From: Plasmodiophora brassicae
Lineage: Eukaryota
Assembly (NCBI GenBank): GCA_036867785.1
Contig: CP145410.1
Span: forward strand, 1,054,001 to 1,118,000
Reading direction: 5' to 3'
Length of the DNA stretch: 64,000 nucleotides
Made by a program: the position numbers and the translations under genes. Shown in pieces: positions 25,656 through 39,846 of this stretch (position 1 is its first letter; each line of letters begins with the position of its first letter). The notes beneath the pieces were generated by a model that worked only from the letters and a program-made list of their open reading frames with translations, was not told the origin of the DNA and searched no databases.

Positions 25656-25897
25656 AATACACCTAGGCGAAGGTTCCCCGATCAACTGCACAGAAACAGC
25701 ACCAATGGGTACAGCGCCAACGTTCGCGAATGCCACGAGAGTGTTCCAGATCGTCCCCGTCAGCCTTGGCCATCGCCCCTCTGTGGCCATATTCGACAAG
25801 CCAGAGAGATAATCGGAGGCCTCGGCCTGCATGGGCCTGCGTCATCATTTGGTAACAGTCTGGGCGCCTGACCTCTGTCCATCTTCCATACTCAGCC

Positions 25898-26760
25898 ATG
25901 CCGGTTCCGCATGACGATTTGCAGCAGGGCCTCGCCCCGGCCCGAATGTATGGATCGGGGATGCGACGTACGATCCTGGCCTGGACACGCCCAGTGTCGA
26001 CCATTATCGTGCTGTACGTCATCCTGTTCACCGCCATCACCGATTCGTTCCTGTACCCGCTGTACGCGACGCACTGGACCACAATGATGATCTTCCTGTA
26101 AGGTCGACGACGAGTACGGATGCTGCCGGGTCGTAACGGATGGCAGGTACCTGGCGCTGGCGGCCGCCATGTCCTGGTGCCAGATGTACCAAATCTCGGT
26201 GAACGCCACCCTGGAACGAGTGGTCTACATCCTATTCGAGGTGCTGCTCCCGATGAGTGTCACTATCGATGTACGTCATGACGTCATTCGCGGGCATACG
26301 TGACGATCCGTCTGGACAGGTCGGGTACTGGGTGGCGGTCAACCCACAAGGAACGTTCAGACAGGCCAGCAACGCGATATCGGACATACAGAACCATGCC
26401 GGCGTGACCGTGTTCCTCATCGTCGACTTCGCGTTCAGCGACATCGTCCTGATCTATCGGCACGTCGCGTTCGGATTTGGCCTGATTCTGATATACCTCG
26501 CTGTGAACGCGGCCTGGACGTTGGCGACCAACATCCCCATCTACCACGTCTTGTCGTGGACCTCGACAAGCACGGCCTACTATGTCATCGGGACCGTGAC
26601 CATATTTCCTGTGGTGTACTTGGGCCTCGCCGCCCTATCGATCAAGATACGATCGTGGGACTCGACGACGACGACGACAATGACGACGAGCCAGAAGAGC
26701 GCACCGCCAGACCTGGATGGTGATGCAACGATTGCTGTCCCGGTCGCTTCCATCATCTAG
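25898..26760 (+). CDS. Rolling stone/AIG1-like membrane protein, copy 3
   Basis: YATHW, VGYW, QNHAG and PIYHVLSW; same intron positions. Confidence 0.75.
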
Positions 26761-26917
26761 TGGGCCGTCGGCGCCGAGAACGCGTTGGGGGTTGGTCTGG
26801 GACCAGGCTCCCCTCGTTGTGAAGGCATTGTATCCCCATTTTGATCACTGGCCGTACCTCGAAGGGCAGTCTAAACAGGCGCACTGTGGAATTGGGTGGA
26901 TGGAGCGGCGTATCCCC

Positions 26918-28423
26918 ATGAGGCGCTGGGTCCAGGCAGCGTGTAAACTGAGGCGGTCGCTCCCGTTTATGGTAGCGCGCCCCCTTGTCATCCGTACTGG
27001 CGTTCACAGGGTCGAACCTGACGTTAGACGCGCAGGTGAAAACTCGCCTAGTCGTCACGTGGCTTTCAACGGTCGCTGCGCTCGGGCTGCTGACCAAGGC
27101 GTGTATGAACGCCGATTGGCATGCAGGCGGCCAGCAACGAGGCGACGTGGCCTTGTCTCGTGATGGGACCCCCGTCAAGCGCAGCTTGTTCTCGACACAT
27201 CTGTGCAAAGGCGACGCTGGCCATCGTCGAGGCAACAGGTACTGCACATTCCAGAACGTCTGCTTCCGGTCGTCGTCCGAGATCCTGTACTACTGGGATG
27301 GGCGGTCGCGCCCGCCTCCGTCATGGAGCAACACGAGCGCCGAGCACGACAGCGGTGCCCTGTGGCCAGGGCCAGAAGAACCGGTCAGGGCAATGTTCGA
27401 CGTGGTTCCCGGCGAGAGTCGCCCGTTCCCCACGATCCGTCGCGTCGATGGAGAACGCCCCGCATCCTACCGGTTCCATGGGCGCCCGGTCCTGCTCGTG
27501 CCGCACACGACCGAGAGGAACTTTGGGCATTTCCTCGGCGATCAGCTCCTTGCGAATTACATTCTGATGGAGGCACTCGGTCGCGAACCGTCGCCTGACG
27601 TCGACTTCATTGCCTACGGGTTCGGGGATCGGACGGTGCCCGCCACCGGATTCCACCGAATGTTCTCTGCGCACCCGGCGAAATCGATGGACACGCTAGC
27701 AAGCGAATATGGGCCCGATGGCATCGTCTGCGTCGACGAGTTGTACGCGGGGGCGGCGAACAACTTCCTGGTCCTCGAGACCCCGCTGATCAAGGTCGCG
27801 TTTGATCGGTTCAAACGGTTCGCATTGACGAACATGGGCGTGTGGCCTCCCCAGCCACCTGCGCATCACAAGGTAGCCCTGTTCGCCAAGCGGCCCACAG
27901 GCACACGCGGTCGGGCGGTTCTGAACGCGGACACCATCGTCGAACACCTTCGGACGCAGCTGACAGGAACAACGACAACGGTGGAGGTCATGGACCCCGC
28001 GTCCATGTCGGCGGAAGACCAGCTGCGGTTCATCATGGAGACGACGGTCTGGGTAACGCCCGCATCGGGCGGGTCCTTCATCGGCATGTTCCTGCCACGA
28101 GGCAGCAGCGTCATCCTGTTGGACATCATCGACCGCGACGCCGTCACCAGCCGTCGATTCGGGCTCGACTACAACCTCTGGTCCCAGATCCCACACCTCC
28201 ACGGTCGTACCCGCATCGAGGAACACCTTCACGACGCCCCGCTAACATATTGACCGCAGACCTGTACTACCGCGTCGCTCCTCACGAAATGCGGGGCGTC
28301 TGCCCGTCCAGCCCCGACTGCGTCAATGGCGTCGACCCGCACTACGTCCTCGACCCCGAGCGCATCTGGCAGGCTGTTGACGTTGCCCTGCGGGAAACCA
28401 CGGTGTCCTTCGCCGCCCAGTAG
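26918..28423 (+). CDS. Glycosyltransferase family 61-like, type II membrane protein
   Basis: N-terminal TM, CTFQNVC, NFGHFLGDQL, RAVLNAD, MSAEDQL and MFLPRGSSVI. Confidence 0.75.
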
Positions 28424-28694
28424 GAAGTATACCTACATAAACAGCTGGGAAGATGTCTCGAGACGGAAACGAAGAACAAAACCGGAGCCTGTGTGGCACT
28501 ACACTGGCACGACGTCGACGTCGCCGCGTCTGCAACGAAGATTGCGCAGTGTCGCCGATTTTGTCGGTTGACAGTACCGCCACCAGGGGGGCCGGAGCGG
28601 GGCAGGCCGGCACGGGGCGCGCGCGGGGGAGTTCATTCCGGAAGAAGGTCGGGCGACGCGGGCTGATCCGACGGGGGGAGGGTAGTCGTCGTCC

Positions 28695-30843
28695 ATGTCG
28701 TCGAAGGTGGCGGGGACGCCGTCGACCGGCCGCCTGCACCGCGTGCCGTCGCACCATGAGATGTCGCGGTTCCTGCGCCGCGGCCTGCCGAACCGCGTCG
28801 ACGTGACGGCGCCGCTGGCGAACCGGAAGACGAAGATCATCTGCACGATCGGGCCGTCCTGCCAGTCCGTGGAGATGCTGAAGAAGCTCGTGCGTGCGCC
28901 GCCGGTTGCGTCGTTGGGCAGCCGCCGCCCTGACCGATTCGATAGCTTGCGGCCGGCATGAACATCGCCCGGTTGAACTTCTCGCACGGAAGTTACAAGT
29001 ATCATGCAGAATCGATTGCTAACATACGCGCGGCATCGGACGCCACAGGGATTCCCGTTGCGATCATGCTGGACACGAAGGTTGCCCCACCGTGGATGCG
29101 CGCTGTTGGCCGCTGCCACACTGACTGACCTATGCAGGGGCCTGAAATCCGCACCCTGAAGTTGAAAGGCGGCAAGCCGGTCATGCTGCAAGAAGGTCAG
29201 AAACTGTTGATCAAGTGCACATCCGACCGCGAGTTCGAAGGGGATGGGACATCGTTTATCGGCATCGACTACGTGAACTTGCCGAAAGTCGGTCGAGCAA
29301 TGCTGTTGCGCGTCCAGTAACTCACAGATGCCTGCTAGGTTGTCAAACCGGGGTCCACCATACGAATTGCCGATGGGGTTCTCAACCTATCCGTCGTTAG
29401 GATCGACGGGAACGAAGTTGAAACTATTGTGCAGAACGCTGCCGAAATCGGCGAGAACAAAGGTTGGCGGCAAGGCGTCGCTAAATGGTGTATCTGATTG
29501 CCTTGAAGGGTGCAATCTTCCTGGATGCAATGTGGATCTCCCTGCGCTGTCCGAGAAGGACGTTGCAGACTTGAAGTTTGGTGCTGATCAAGGAGTCGAT
29601 TTCATTGCCGCCTCGTTTGCGCGATCAGGTTTACCCTGTGGGCTGACGGATATGCGTCCCGCTCGTCGTTGAGATTCTGGACAGGCCAGGGTGTCGATGA
29701 CATCCGCGAAGTTCTGGGCACGAAGGGTGCCAACGTTAAAATCATCTCGAAGATCGAGTCCGAGCAAGGACTTAACCATTTCGATGAGATCCTTGCAAGG
29801 TCGGACGGTATCATGGTAATCGGTTATTGCGGTGACATTGGCGGTTGTCGTTTCCCTCAGTCGTTTCGCAGGTGGCTCGCGGCGACATGGGGGTCGAGAT
29901 CCCCATACAGAAGGTGTGCATGGCACAGAAGCGAATGATTCGCGAATGCAATATTGCAGGAAAGCCTGTTGTCACGGCAACACAGGTGTGTCAACTACTC
30001 GGGATGTCGGTAGTTCACCAACGATAATGTTTGGCGGCAGATGTTGGAATCGATGATAACCAATCCTCGCCCCACGCGTGCCGAAGCGACAGATGTTGCT
30101 AACGCCGTCTTTGATGGGACGGACTGTGTGATGCTTTCCGGAGAAACGGCTAAAGGTGGATCTGTCGGGTCTGCAAGTCCAGGGTTACGCTGAACAACAA
30201 TCGCCAGGCCAGTTCCCAGTTGAAGCTGTTACTGTCATGGCCCGTATTTGCGTTACCTCCGAGTTGGCCATCGATCACAATGCGATGTTCGAATCGATTT
30301 TGACACTTACTCCAAAGCCGTTAACGCGGGCTGAGGTAGGGAAACCGGGTATGTCCATTTTCGCTCTCCTGAACGGATTAATAGGCAATTTCTTCATCAG
30401 CGGTCAAGGTGGACATCAACTTGGATGCGGCCATCATCGTCGTTCTTACGGAATCTGGCGCATCTGCTCGTTTCGTGGCGAAATACCGGCCATCGATACC
30501 TGTGCTAACGTTAACGACAGACAAGTAGGTGTTGGTCGGCGGAAACGCTGCAATTGTAACCGAACGTCGATTTTGTGTAGGACCGTATACAGGCAAACTC
30601 TTGCATCGCGAGCGCTGTGGCCAATGCTTGTACAAGGCGGTAAGTCTGACGACGAAATGATGCAAGATGCAATCGCCTACGCGCAAAAGAACAAATGGGT
30701 TGCTGTTGACGATTGGGTTATTGTCGTTAGCGGTACCCAAGGCATTCAAGGTAGGCGTTCAGGAAATTCGTGCTTTGCACACCGCTCATAGGTATCGTCT
30801 TGTAGGGTCGGCCCACACTCTCAGAGTCGTCCGTGTCCAGTGA
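28695..30843 (+). CDS. PK: Pyruvate kinase (many exons)
   Basis: [44 protein letters not shown] and ATQMLESM. Confidence 0.97.
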
Positions 30844-30952
30844 CGCTGATCAGCGCGCCCGAATAAACGCTACCGTTGGTTGATAGCCGGGGTTGATATA
30901 GGGGTAGAACAATGTATTTGGAAAGTAACGGCACAGACAAAGCCGTCCACCC

Positions 30953-33900
30953 TCACTTCTTGTTAAGACAGTGTTGCTGACAATATTGCCACATTGAAAT
31001 CGCTGCAAATCACAGGAATCGCTCAGCACCTCATAACACGCATAACGACTAGACACAGAATGTAATCACCTCCGGAAACGTGGACGTTCAGGGACCTTAC
31101 GACACCCAGTTGCGGGATTTCCAAACAGGCATCGACGATGCTCAGTAAGTCAGCTGGTATCCCTGACATACTGTCAGGGGGCACTGCCAGCGTGGGACAC
31201 ATTAAGAAACCTGTCCGTTCGATGCCGAGAAGAAGGGCACACTTGGCGGGGAACACGTACGACTCCAAAGACACACTCTGGTCACTCTGCTCAAGCCCAA
31301 CGATGGTGTAACCGTCGCCTTGAAGTTGCTTGATGAGAGACGGTAAGCCGGAAACTCGACATTCCTCTATGTTCAACCAGTTGTGCGAGGTCACCGATAA
31401 CGATGTAAACAGAGGATCTTTGAGGACGTTGAAATCATTCACAACGAACCTGGAACTAGGGCTCAGTATCGGTCTAAAGCACACCAGAAAGATAACTATG
31501 CGTACCGCCCAACGCCAAATATTTCAGCTGTGCGAGCCAAGCCGCCAAGGTTTGTTGGCCTTTCTACAAGAGACGCAATAAGAACGAAGTCTGACGACTT
31601 TCCCGATTGCGCGCTGGTCGATATTCAGAAAACGAGTTGCGAATGCACATGGCGACGTTATACCTGCTGTAAAAACGTTCAAGGACGTCACGTTGCCGTT
31701 CGTTGATGTCCCAGTCAGCATAGAACGCCTCCAGAGGCCGTATCTTCCTCTGGAAGACGCTCACTGCACTCGCCATACGGCTCGACAGTGTGGGAAGCCT
31801 GCACCCACGCTTTCCGTTGGCCTTCCTCCGAATTGGCTTTTGAGGTTTCTCTTTCATGGCCCAGTTGGCATCGCTATCCGCATCTTCACCTCTGATTTCG
31901 GTCAACACAGAGCCAATCTGACGAAAGGATCAACCTAGGCGGCCAGATGACTGTGCGCTTAGACTTAGACGACTTACCGCTTCTGATGTTGTTTCCAAGA
32001 TCGTAGCAGAGAACGCAGCGTCTGTGTCATCGGCCAATTCGGATAGACCTCGAAGTGTCGTGAAATGCATCGGCCGTAAGCGGAACATCTTAGGACCAAC
32101 ACGGTTGTTGAGGTCCTGGAACTCAGGCAGGACCCCAATAAATTGGGCAACCGACTCGGAAAGAGGCGAAGGAAACTGTTTCCACTGATCATGCAGCCGC
32201 ATGAGTAGCAGCTGGGCAGGAACGCGTACAACCCTGGGCAATACCATGTCAGATCTAACCAGGGGAAGAGCGGTCACGCCACCGACCCAGCATTGTGAAC
32301 GCAGCGAAGTGCAAATATATCAGCCACACGAGCCTTGTGAGGCTCCAGAACGGAATCCTCCATCTCAAGAGCAGCTAGCCCAGCCACAATCAGTATTGAT
32401 GCATCCAAGCCTGGTTTGCCTCGAGGGGATTCCAGTCGAGCAACGCAATCTGCAGCAAGCCGTCCTCAGAACACGCTATCCAGTTCGGAACAGCGAGCGT
32501 GCCAGACGCCAGACCTTCGAAGAATACTCTCGGAGATGTCACAATTAGCCTGACGAGACAGCACTGAACCGCCTGACGCAACGTTGGACACAGGCCGGTT
32601 TCCAGCATATTCCATAACGTGTCCCGAATACGTAAACTGGATGACTCACTGCACTTGCCGAGAAGCAGGCCAGCCGCCTGCATGTGCAGCAGGAACCTGA
32701 CGAAGACGTTAGTCTGCATGGAGCACCACAGCAGCCGTGATTCCAAACCGGTTTGAATCTGGGGAGTCGGCAAACTTCACATGCGGCGACACGTATAGAC
32801 CGGCAATGGCCCTGAAGTGCACATCCAGCAGCGCATCGACGAGACCCTTGTCGGTGATAAATTCGTGCAGAGCAAGTACTGACATGCGCACATGGGAACG
32901 TTGAGCAGAGAGCGCGGTGCAGAACCCTGTCTCGGAGGCAACGAACGTGACCGATAACTCAGCGATCTCGCTGGCATAGGACGCGGCTATCTCTTGTGAT
33001 GACATCAACAACGGAATCAACTGCTCGACAACTTTGATTAGGTACTTGTACGGGAACGCCACGACACGCCGAAGGGCACATGCGATAGCACCGTTTTCAC
33101 CATGGAGACCAGGAGTCAACCACAGTTCAGCAGGCAACGCTACTCGCAGCATGGAAGCAAGGATACGAGCCTGGATGGGCCTAGCAGCATTGAAAGATTC
33201 GACGGCTCGCGCGATTAACATCGACTGCTGCTCTGGAGTCGCATAAACAAGGACAGCGCGAGCAACAGAATAGATGTCGAACAGGGAATCATCAAACGTC
33301 GTGGCCAAAGCAGCTATGGTGCGTTCAATGAGATCCGGCGACCCCCCTTGACTGGGAGAAACCAGAGACAAACACTCCCAGAGAACAGCACTGTCAGGAA
33401 AACGCAGTAACCATGGGATGAGCTCTGGAATGTCAGGAGGCGACGATTTGCACCATAGTGACGTCAGCACCGTGTACAGCGACGACAATGTAGGTTCGGA
33501 TCCTGAAGTGGAAACCAGAGAACGTGCTAATTCGTAACAGCGCCGACGGTGAGCAATAAACACACTGTTGTCTGGAAACTGTTCTACGAGCTCCTATACA
33601 GAAACGCGCAACAACTTAGACGCACAATCATATTCGCAACGGATGTTGGGTACAACCTTCAGCACAGAATGAGCATCAGCAGATGAGGCTTGCCTCTCCG
33701 AAAGGTACAGGCTCAAAGAATCTGATAAACGCTCATCTGCCAGGAAATCGCGGACAGGACGCATCGCACGGGAACCCAGTGACCCTTGTAGCAGAGCGAG
33801 GGCGCGGTCCGGTTGGAACCGATGCGATAAATAGGGTCGAGATTGTGCCTCACTGAGACACAGCAGGCACTTTGTGATAACCGTATCGAAGATAGCCCTT

Positions 33901-35601
33901 GAATCTAAACAGAAATAGTCGCTCTGATTAAATCCCAAACGGACAGGAACATCGGTTACCTTGAAGAAACGACAGTATTCGAGAATATGCAACAGCATCA
34001 TGTGAGCCAGATCCAGAAAGCCAATCTTCGATGTAAGACGGGGCGACCGATTCCAAACGTGCAACATCCAGCTTAACGGTTTGGAAAGCATCACTGTCAA
34101 GTGCGCCTAAGAGGCTTCCAAGAGCCGCAATGGATACGTCATGCCCAGCGTGGTTCGATATAATCTTTGCAATGCTCGCATGCTGTTGGCATCGTACTGC
34201 GGGCATGTGCGATAGAACCGCAACCGAACGAAGCAAGGCACATGACGCGTCATCCAGCCACTTCTTGTCACAGCGTGCGTCGGCCACGAATTCCAGGAAA
34301 GGGGTAACGCACGCCGAGAAGTCACACTGAGCATCGCCCAGCATCACAATAAGCATGCGTCGCAAGGTATCAGGACATTCGGGCGAATGCACATGGCTGA
34401 CGAATTGCACAATTCTCTGAGATCGATCATAAATCGACCCGGTTTTGCCACGAACAGATCGCAGCCAGGACGAGCGACCGCACAGTGGGAGCAGGATATC
34501 AGTGACGAATCGAGCCGAAAACTCGGGAGGAAAAGATGAGTTCAGAAGGGATTCGAGAATGTCGGATTTCATCCGCGACTCGCATAAGCCGTACTGGAGT
34601 AGAGGGTAGAGCCATTCGAAGTGGGTAGTTAGCTTGTACAGCAACGGCCACACCTGAGCAAGCTAACAACCAGCAAGTCAGCACGATGGTTCCGACGTGG
34701 GCAACGTGGGCACGAAACGAACCTCATCAGAACACTGTTCTTGGGTAACCGCTCCCCATAGTTCTATGTATGCGTCCCAGTCGTATCCCGGCAAATGTTG
34801 CCTATGGTTTGCAAGTAGGAACAACGCATGCTTTCGGTTTGGGGCCACACGAACGTTGAGTTCGTCAAGACACACTCTCGCAATCAACGATACCCAAGTG
34901 GTTCTGGTGTCGTCACTCGTCAGCCAGTCGTATATGGGGACGGAGAAGTGCACTAGAAGCAGCAATGCAGACTTGTCGAATTTGTCCAGCGTCGCCAGTC
35001 GCCCATGTACCAATTCTATAAATTCGGGCGGAAATCCCTGCGACTCGTAGAGCCCGGGAAGAAGGGCACGAGCACAGTGAAGCGACCGGTCACCTGTGGA
35101 TACCAAGGCAACGTCAAGGCCGGCAGAAAACAGTTCTCCTGCGAAGACTCGAGCACGAGACGAGAGACGCTTCGACATATCCACAGCTAGACGTGTTACG
35201 GCAACGTAGTCATCGGTCTCGATACCTTGTCGACAGACGAACGACACGCGATCGAACACGTTCGGGAACTGAGACGCAGTCTCGGCAACCAACTGGCAGA
35301 TCTCAGCCCTCGCTGTGGCGCCGTTCTCATGCAACGTCGGAAGAAGACGATCCTGAACGAACCTAGACGCAAGATCACCCAGAATGCCACGCGTTTGAAC
35401 TGTCGCGGTCTCGAGTAGAACCGACACCAGACGAAAGGCAGTAACGGTGCGATACGTCGACGACAGCAGACGGTCAGCAGCCGTCACCCGGCACTCGTTC
35501 GGCACGAGGGCCACCAGCGCTCTGCATGCTGCAATAGGAAGACTGGCACCCAGTCCCGGCACCTGCTCGAGAAGAATGTCGGCGGGATCCTGCCTGGTCA
35601 T
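30953..35601 (-). CDS. TRM3: tRNA (guanosine-18 2'-O)-methyltransferase Trm3/TARBP1-like: long helical N-terminus plus C-terminal SpoU domain
   Basis: KKANKPWRLGSH region preceded by the NLGG-type block, then IVGLEQ, LLLGIERTG, LEIPQLGVVRSLNVHVSG and AISMWQY. Confidence 0.85.
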
Positions 35602-35839
35602 GCTGGCGACCTTCAAGCGACCAGCACCACGGGCAATTCCGCGCGGAACTTTGAATTTGCGTCGCGGGTGCACTGTGCAGCAGTCGCGGATCGCGCAGAC
35701 CGTGGCCAAACAGGAGCTGGAACGGGCCAGACCCAAACCCCGTATATCTCCCATCAACGATTGGCACTTTCTACTGAGCAGTGGGAATAATCGACAGTCG
35801 CAACCGAGACAGCGGTAGTAAGAATGGCCTGATGAGAAT

Positions 35840-36319
35840 CTAATCCTCGTTGACGAACTTTGCGCAACCTTTCGGGTCATAGCGGCGCCCGAACGTGACG
35901 GGAATCTTGTTCTTCTCGGCGAACTCGAGGATTTCAGCGGCGCCCTCCTCGCTCATCCAGACCGGGCGGGGCAGATGCGCTGGACCGATAAGGTCTTCCG
36001 CGGGGATGCCCTCCGGTTGGCCGCCCTTGATCGTCTCCTTTAGCTTGTTGTCGATAATAATTTCGGGATTTGGGGCGGCCGCTGGGTTCCGAGGAAAATA
36101 CGCAATGTTGAAACGGCGGTCCACTTCGCCATCGGGCAGGCGAGGCGGGCCTAGCGACCTGTGTACACGCAATCATAAGACAGGTGCCCGCACAGACGCG
36201 TATTGGCGTATCGACGGTGGTGCCCTGCGCGTCTGCTTCGGGATGTACGGCATGCTCTCCGGGTTCACCGTCCAGATACGCTTGATCTTGGAGTAGATAC
36301 GTGACCACAACGACGACAT
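35840..36319 (-). CDS. Probable complex I accessory subunit NDUFA7/B14.5a-like
   Basis: Spliced MSSLWSRIYSKIKRIWTVNPE...RAPPS...DRRFNIAYFPRN resembles B14.5a/NUZM as recalled. Confidence 0.5.
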
Positions 36320-36540
36320 GACGACGGGCGACGATCTCCACTCACCAGTTCGTCGGGTAATTCGAATTTGTGACTAGAAGGCGCAATTTTTTGCTGCACT
36401 GGTACCCCAGTCCTGATGTGCATTGTCCTTACATCGCCGCCGACGTTCCCGCATGCTGTACGTGCGTTTCTAATTCAACTGATAAACAGCACATATTGAC
36501 GCATCGGCAGCACGGGACGGTGACGTGTGTTGATTGGAAC

Positions 36541-38433
36541 ATGGCACGCGCCTTGGAAGAGTACGACCTGCCAAAGGGCAACTGGAAGTCCAGTTTCTTG
36601 ACAGCGGGTGCCCTTTGAAATGGCAACGAACGAAGCGCGTTCGGGGACGGAGGCGCTGCCTGCTGTTGCGAGTCGGGCTGTCGACGCGGCTGTCGACCAC
36701 GTTGTCCGCGTTACGCGCCAAGAGGAGAAAGTGGTCGAGAAGCGCCCTTTCCTCAACAACATTATCCGTATTCTCAACAGTGGCCAGTTCGACGACATCC
36801 AACCACAGCTGCTTGATTCGGAGCGCCTATACCTTGAAAGGCTCCGGAATGAACGTCGAGAAGTGTACGAGCGTGTCAGGAAGGCAACCAAGCACTGGGA
36901 AGAATTGAGGTGCCGCATGGAGGAAGAAATAGCCACTCTACAGGAGCAGGAGAACCGCGACCTTCAGGAGGCTCGCCAAAGAGAAATTGCAAAGCGGGAG
37001 GCATTGCGAGTTTCCATCGCAGAGGCAGCCCGTACCAAACGTGAATACCGTTTACACCAGCGAGACGAGCTTGCTGAGAAGAGACGTCAGTCCAGGGCTG
37101 AAATTCTCCGCTGGTCGAGACGGACCAATATGGCCGACGTTGAGAGTTTCTCATTGCCCACCAAAGGAACGTCATTGGAAAGTGATACGGAAGACGACAG
37201 TCGACGCAAAGCCCGGCGGCCGAATCCCGTCCCGACTGAAACTCATCGACGGGTCCTACGGCAGGCGGAAGAGCAGAAGCGAGAACGAATCGAGCTGACC
37301 GAGACAGCCGCGAAGAAGCTTGCAAAACGCTACGAATATGGAGATCGCGTCCGTCTAATGCATGCTCCAGTAGTGTCGCCAGGTTTGACTCCGCCCTTGG
37401 AAATGTCGGCCCCCATTTCTGACATGAGTTTGCAGCTTTGCAGAGCGAACTCGCAGAGCGCATCGAACGGATCTATCATCCTCCACACGTTAGGCAGCCG
37501 GTCGACGTTCGCTCGCTGTACCCGGTGCCTGTAACTGGGAGGACGGGAAGGCTGCCAGCTACCGATGGCAGCGGGGCAGACGACGATGCCCCAGCAAAGG
37601 CTACTGTCCCAGACTATCTGACGGAGATGCAAAAGAAGAGATTGCATGCTGCGAAGCGTAAGGTTCACTGCAATTGACCTGACGAGGCGTTAACCCTGAT
37701 TGCAATTTGACAACAGCGACGAATGAGACGGAGACCCGTGCTGATGTACTTGCTCGGATCCAGTCCCTCGATGATTCGATCAGGCAGAAAGAGACTGCAT
37801 TACGGCGCCCTGATGCCACGGCTGTGGCGCTTGCCGACGACCTCTCGCGTCTGTCAGTTCTGTACCTTACCACAATCTCCAGCAAGATCCAACTCTGCGA
37901 TATGGTTCGAAACGGTGACGATATCCCGTCGTAAAGATGCTCTGCCTGAGCAAAACGTATGCAGGAATCCATGTTGTGCAATCCGAACCGACTGCCGCCC
38001 AATGTGTCCATTTCGCAATGAAAACACCACATTTTGTCGAATCACTCTGCCGTTGCCCAAACGCTATGACCGCTTACCGATCAGCCGCGTCCCCTCCACG
38101 CAGCCGGCTAGCGCTGTGTTGCTGAGGCTGTTCGATTTAGAATTTGATATGAGTGTTGCGAACGTAAGGTCAACGAGGCACATGTGCTCGGGTGAGCTTC
38201 AACTCGAAGGTTTTATGTGATTCGCATGTCGCTATGCCTCCCTGTATCTGATGACAGCGCCCAACAACGTCGGCGCTATCATGCGTTACGAGAGGACTGC
38301 ATTTCGCGAGATTAGTTGCGAACTGCGCGGAGCGTCCGACTCTGAAGACGTTTTCGGACCTGATCCTTCGCCAATGGGATCCGTTCAACTCCGTAGGTTC
38401 ACTACGTCCAGTTTCGATTCAGACATCTTTTGA
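36541..38433 (+). CDS. Uncharacterised coiled-coil protein with a Cys-rich C-terminal patch (multi-exon)
   Basis: Long charged helical ORF 36608..37534; later exons include CRNPCCAIRTDCRPMCPF; stop at 38433 inferred. Confidence 0.55.
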
Positions 38434-38687
38434 AACTAAGTCCGAACGTTATACAAATGAAGCAGAACTACCGCTGGAGTGCCTTGTCACGAATTTGGCT
38501 GGCAGTGGGTCGGCTTACGGATGTCTCTTGAGGGAGTCGTAACCCACAGATATTATATAATGTGATCGTGTTCGCAGCCGTATTGCAATGAAGAAAATGG
38601 AGTGTTGCATTCCGCCAGGAACCGATTCGCATGGTCACTTCGCATGCCGATCGACGCTCGGAGTCTGGTTGATTTTTGCGGTGGTGT

Positions 38688-39120
38688 ATGCAGCGTCACT
38701 GGGCACGTCTAATGGCGACAGTCGCGGACGGGCCAGTTGCAACCGCCATACGCGACAAGCTCTCGAAAGCGTTCTCGCCCGTGCATCTTCTCGTTATCAA
38801 CGAGAGTTCGTCACATAACGTTCCCCGTGGTTCAGAGGTAATTGGCCGGAGCGCGGAGCTCGCGTCGACAAGCTCGTCATTTATTAGTATGTTTCTGTCA
38901 GACGCACTTCAAAGTGTTTGTCGTGACGCCGGCATTCGAAGGCATCTCCTCCATTGATCGCCACCGGTCTGTTCAGAAGGTGCTTGCAGAGGAACTCAAG
39001 GGCGGCGTTCACGCGCTATCAATTATTGCCAAGACGCCAGCGCAATGGTCATCAGACGATAATGTACCTGCGTCCCCGGCTTGCATGGGTGGCGATGGAA
39101 CTTTCAGCCGGAAACATTAA
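38688..39120 (+). CDS. BOLA1: BolA1-like protein (mitochondrial)
   Basis: INESSSHNVPRGSETHFKV...FEG...RHR...GVHALSI...PACMGG. Confidence 0.92.
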
Positions 39121-39255
39121 ACAGGTCCCATGATATTCCACGGCACATGTGCTATATGGAGTGCGCCCTAGTATTTTCACCTGACGGAGTCCGCGGAGTC
39201 CGAGGAAAGTCCGGCGACGGAGGTGAGAGAATCGGTTTCTGATTGCACCAGCGTC

Positions 39256-39846
39256 ATGGCAAGCGAGAAGGCCGTCAAGGACAAGTCGTCCAATCCGATG
39301 ATGGACATTCGGATTGAGAAGCTTGTCCTGAACATCTCTATCGGCGGTGGTGACCGTTTGACGCGTGCTGCGACGGTGTTGAAGGAGCTCACTGACCAGG
39401 AGCCCGTCTTCTCCAAGGGTTAGCCAGTGACTTCTATTATACGTGTTTTGTAGACGTCCTCTAATTCGCTCGCAGCTCGTTACACTGTCCGATCGTTCTC
39501 CATTCGTCGTAATGAGAAGATCGCGACGCACGTCACTGTTCGCGGTGAGAAGGCTGAGAAGCTCGTCAATCTCGGCCTTCGCGTTAAGGACTACGAGATT
39601 AAGGCGAAGAACTTCTCCGACACGGGCAACTTCGGTTTCGGTATCGAGGAGCACATCGATCTCGGTGTTAAGTACGACCCGGCGATCGGTATTTACGGCA
39701 TGGACTTCTACGTCGTCCTGTCGCGACCCGGTGGCCGGGTCGCCGTTCGCAAGCACAAGCGTGGCCGCGTCGGCAAGAAGCACCGCGTCACCAAGGCTGA
39801 GGCGATGAAATGGGTGCAGGCCAAGTTCCAGACCGCCATTCTGTAA
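39256..39846 (+). CDS. RPL11: 60S ribosomal protein L11 (uL5), one intron
   Basis: [39 protein letters not shown] and [14 protein letters not shown]. Confidence 0.98.

Noticed and set aside
39052-39783. 243-aa minus-strand ORF
   Set aside because: Antisense shadow of codon-biased RPL11
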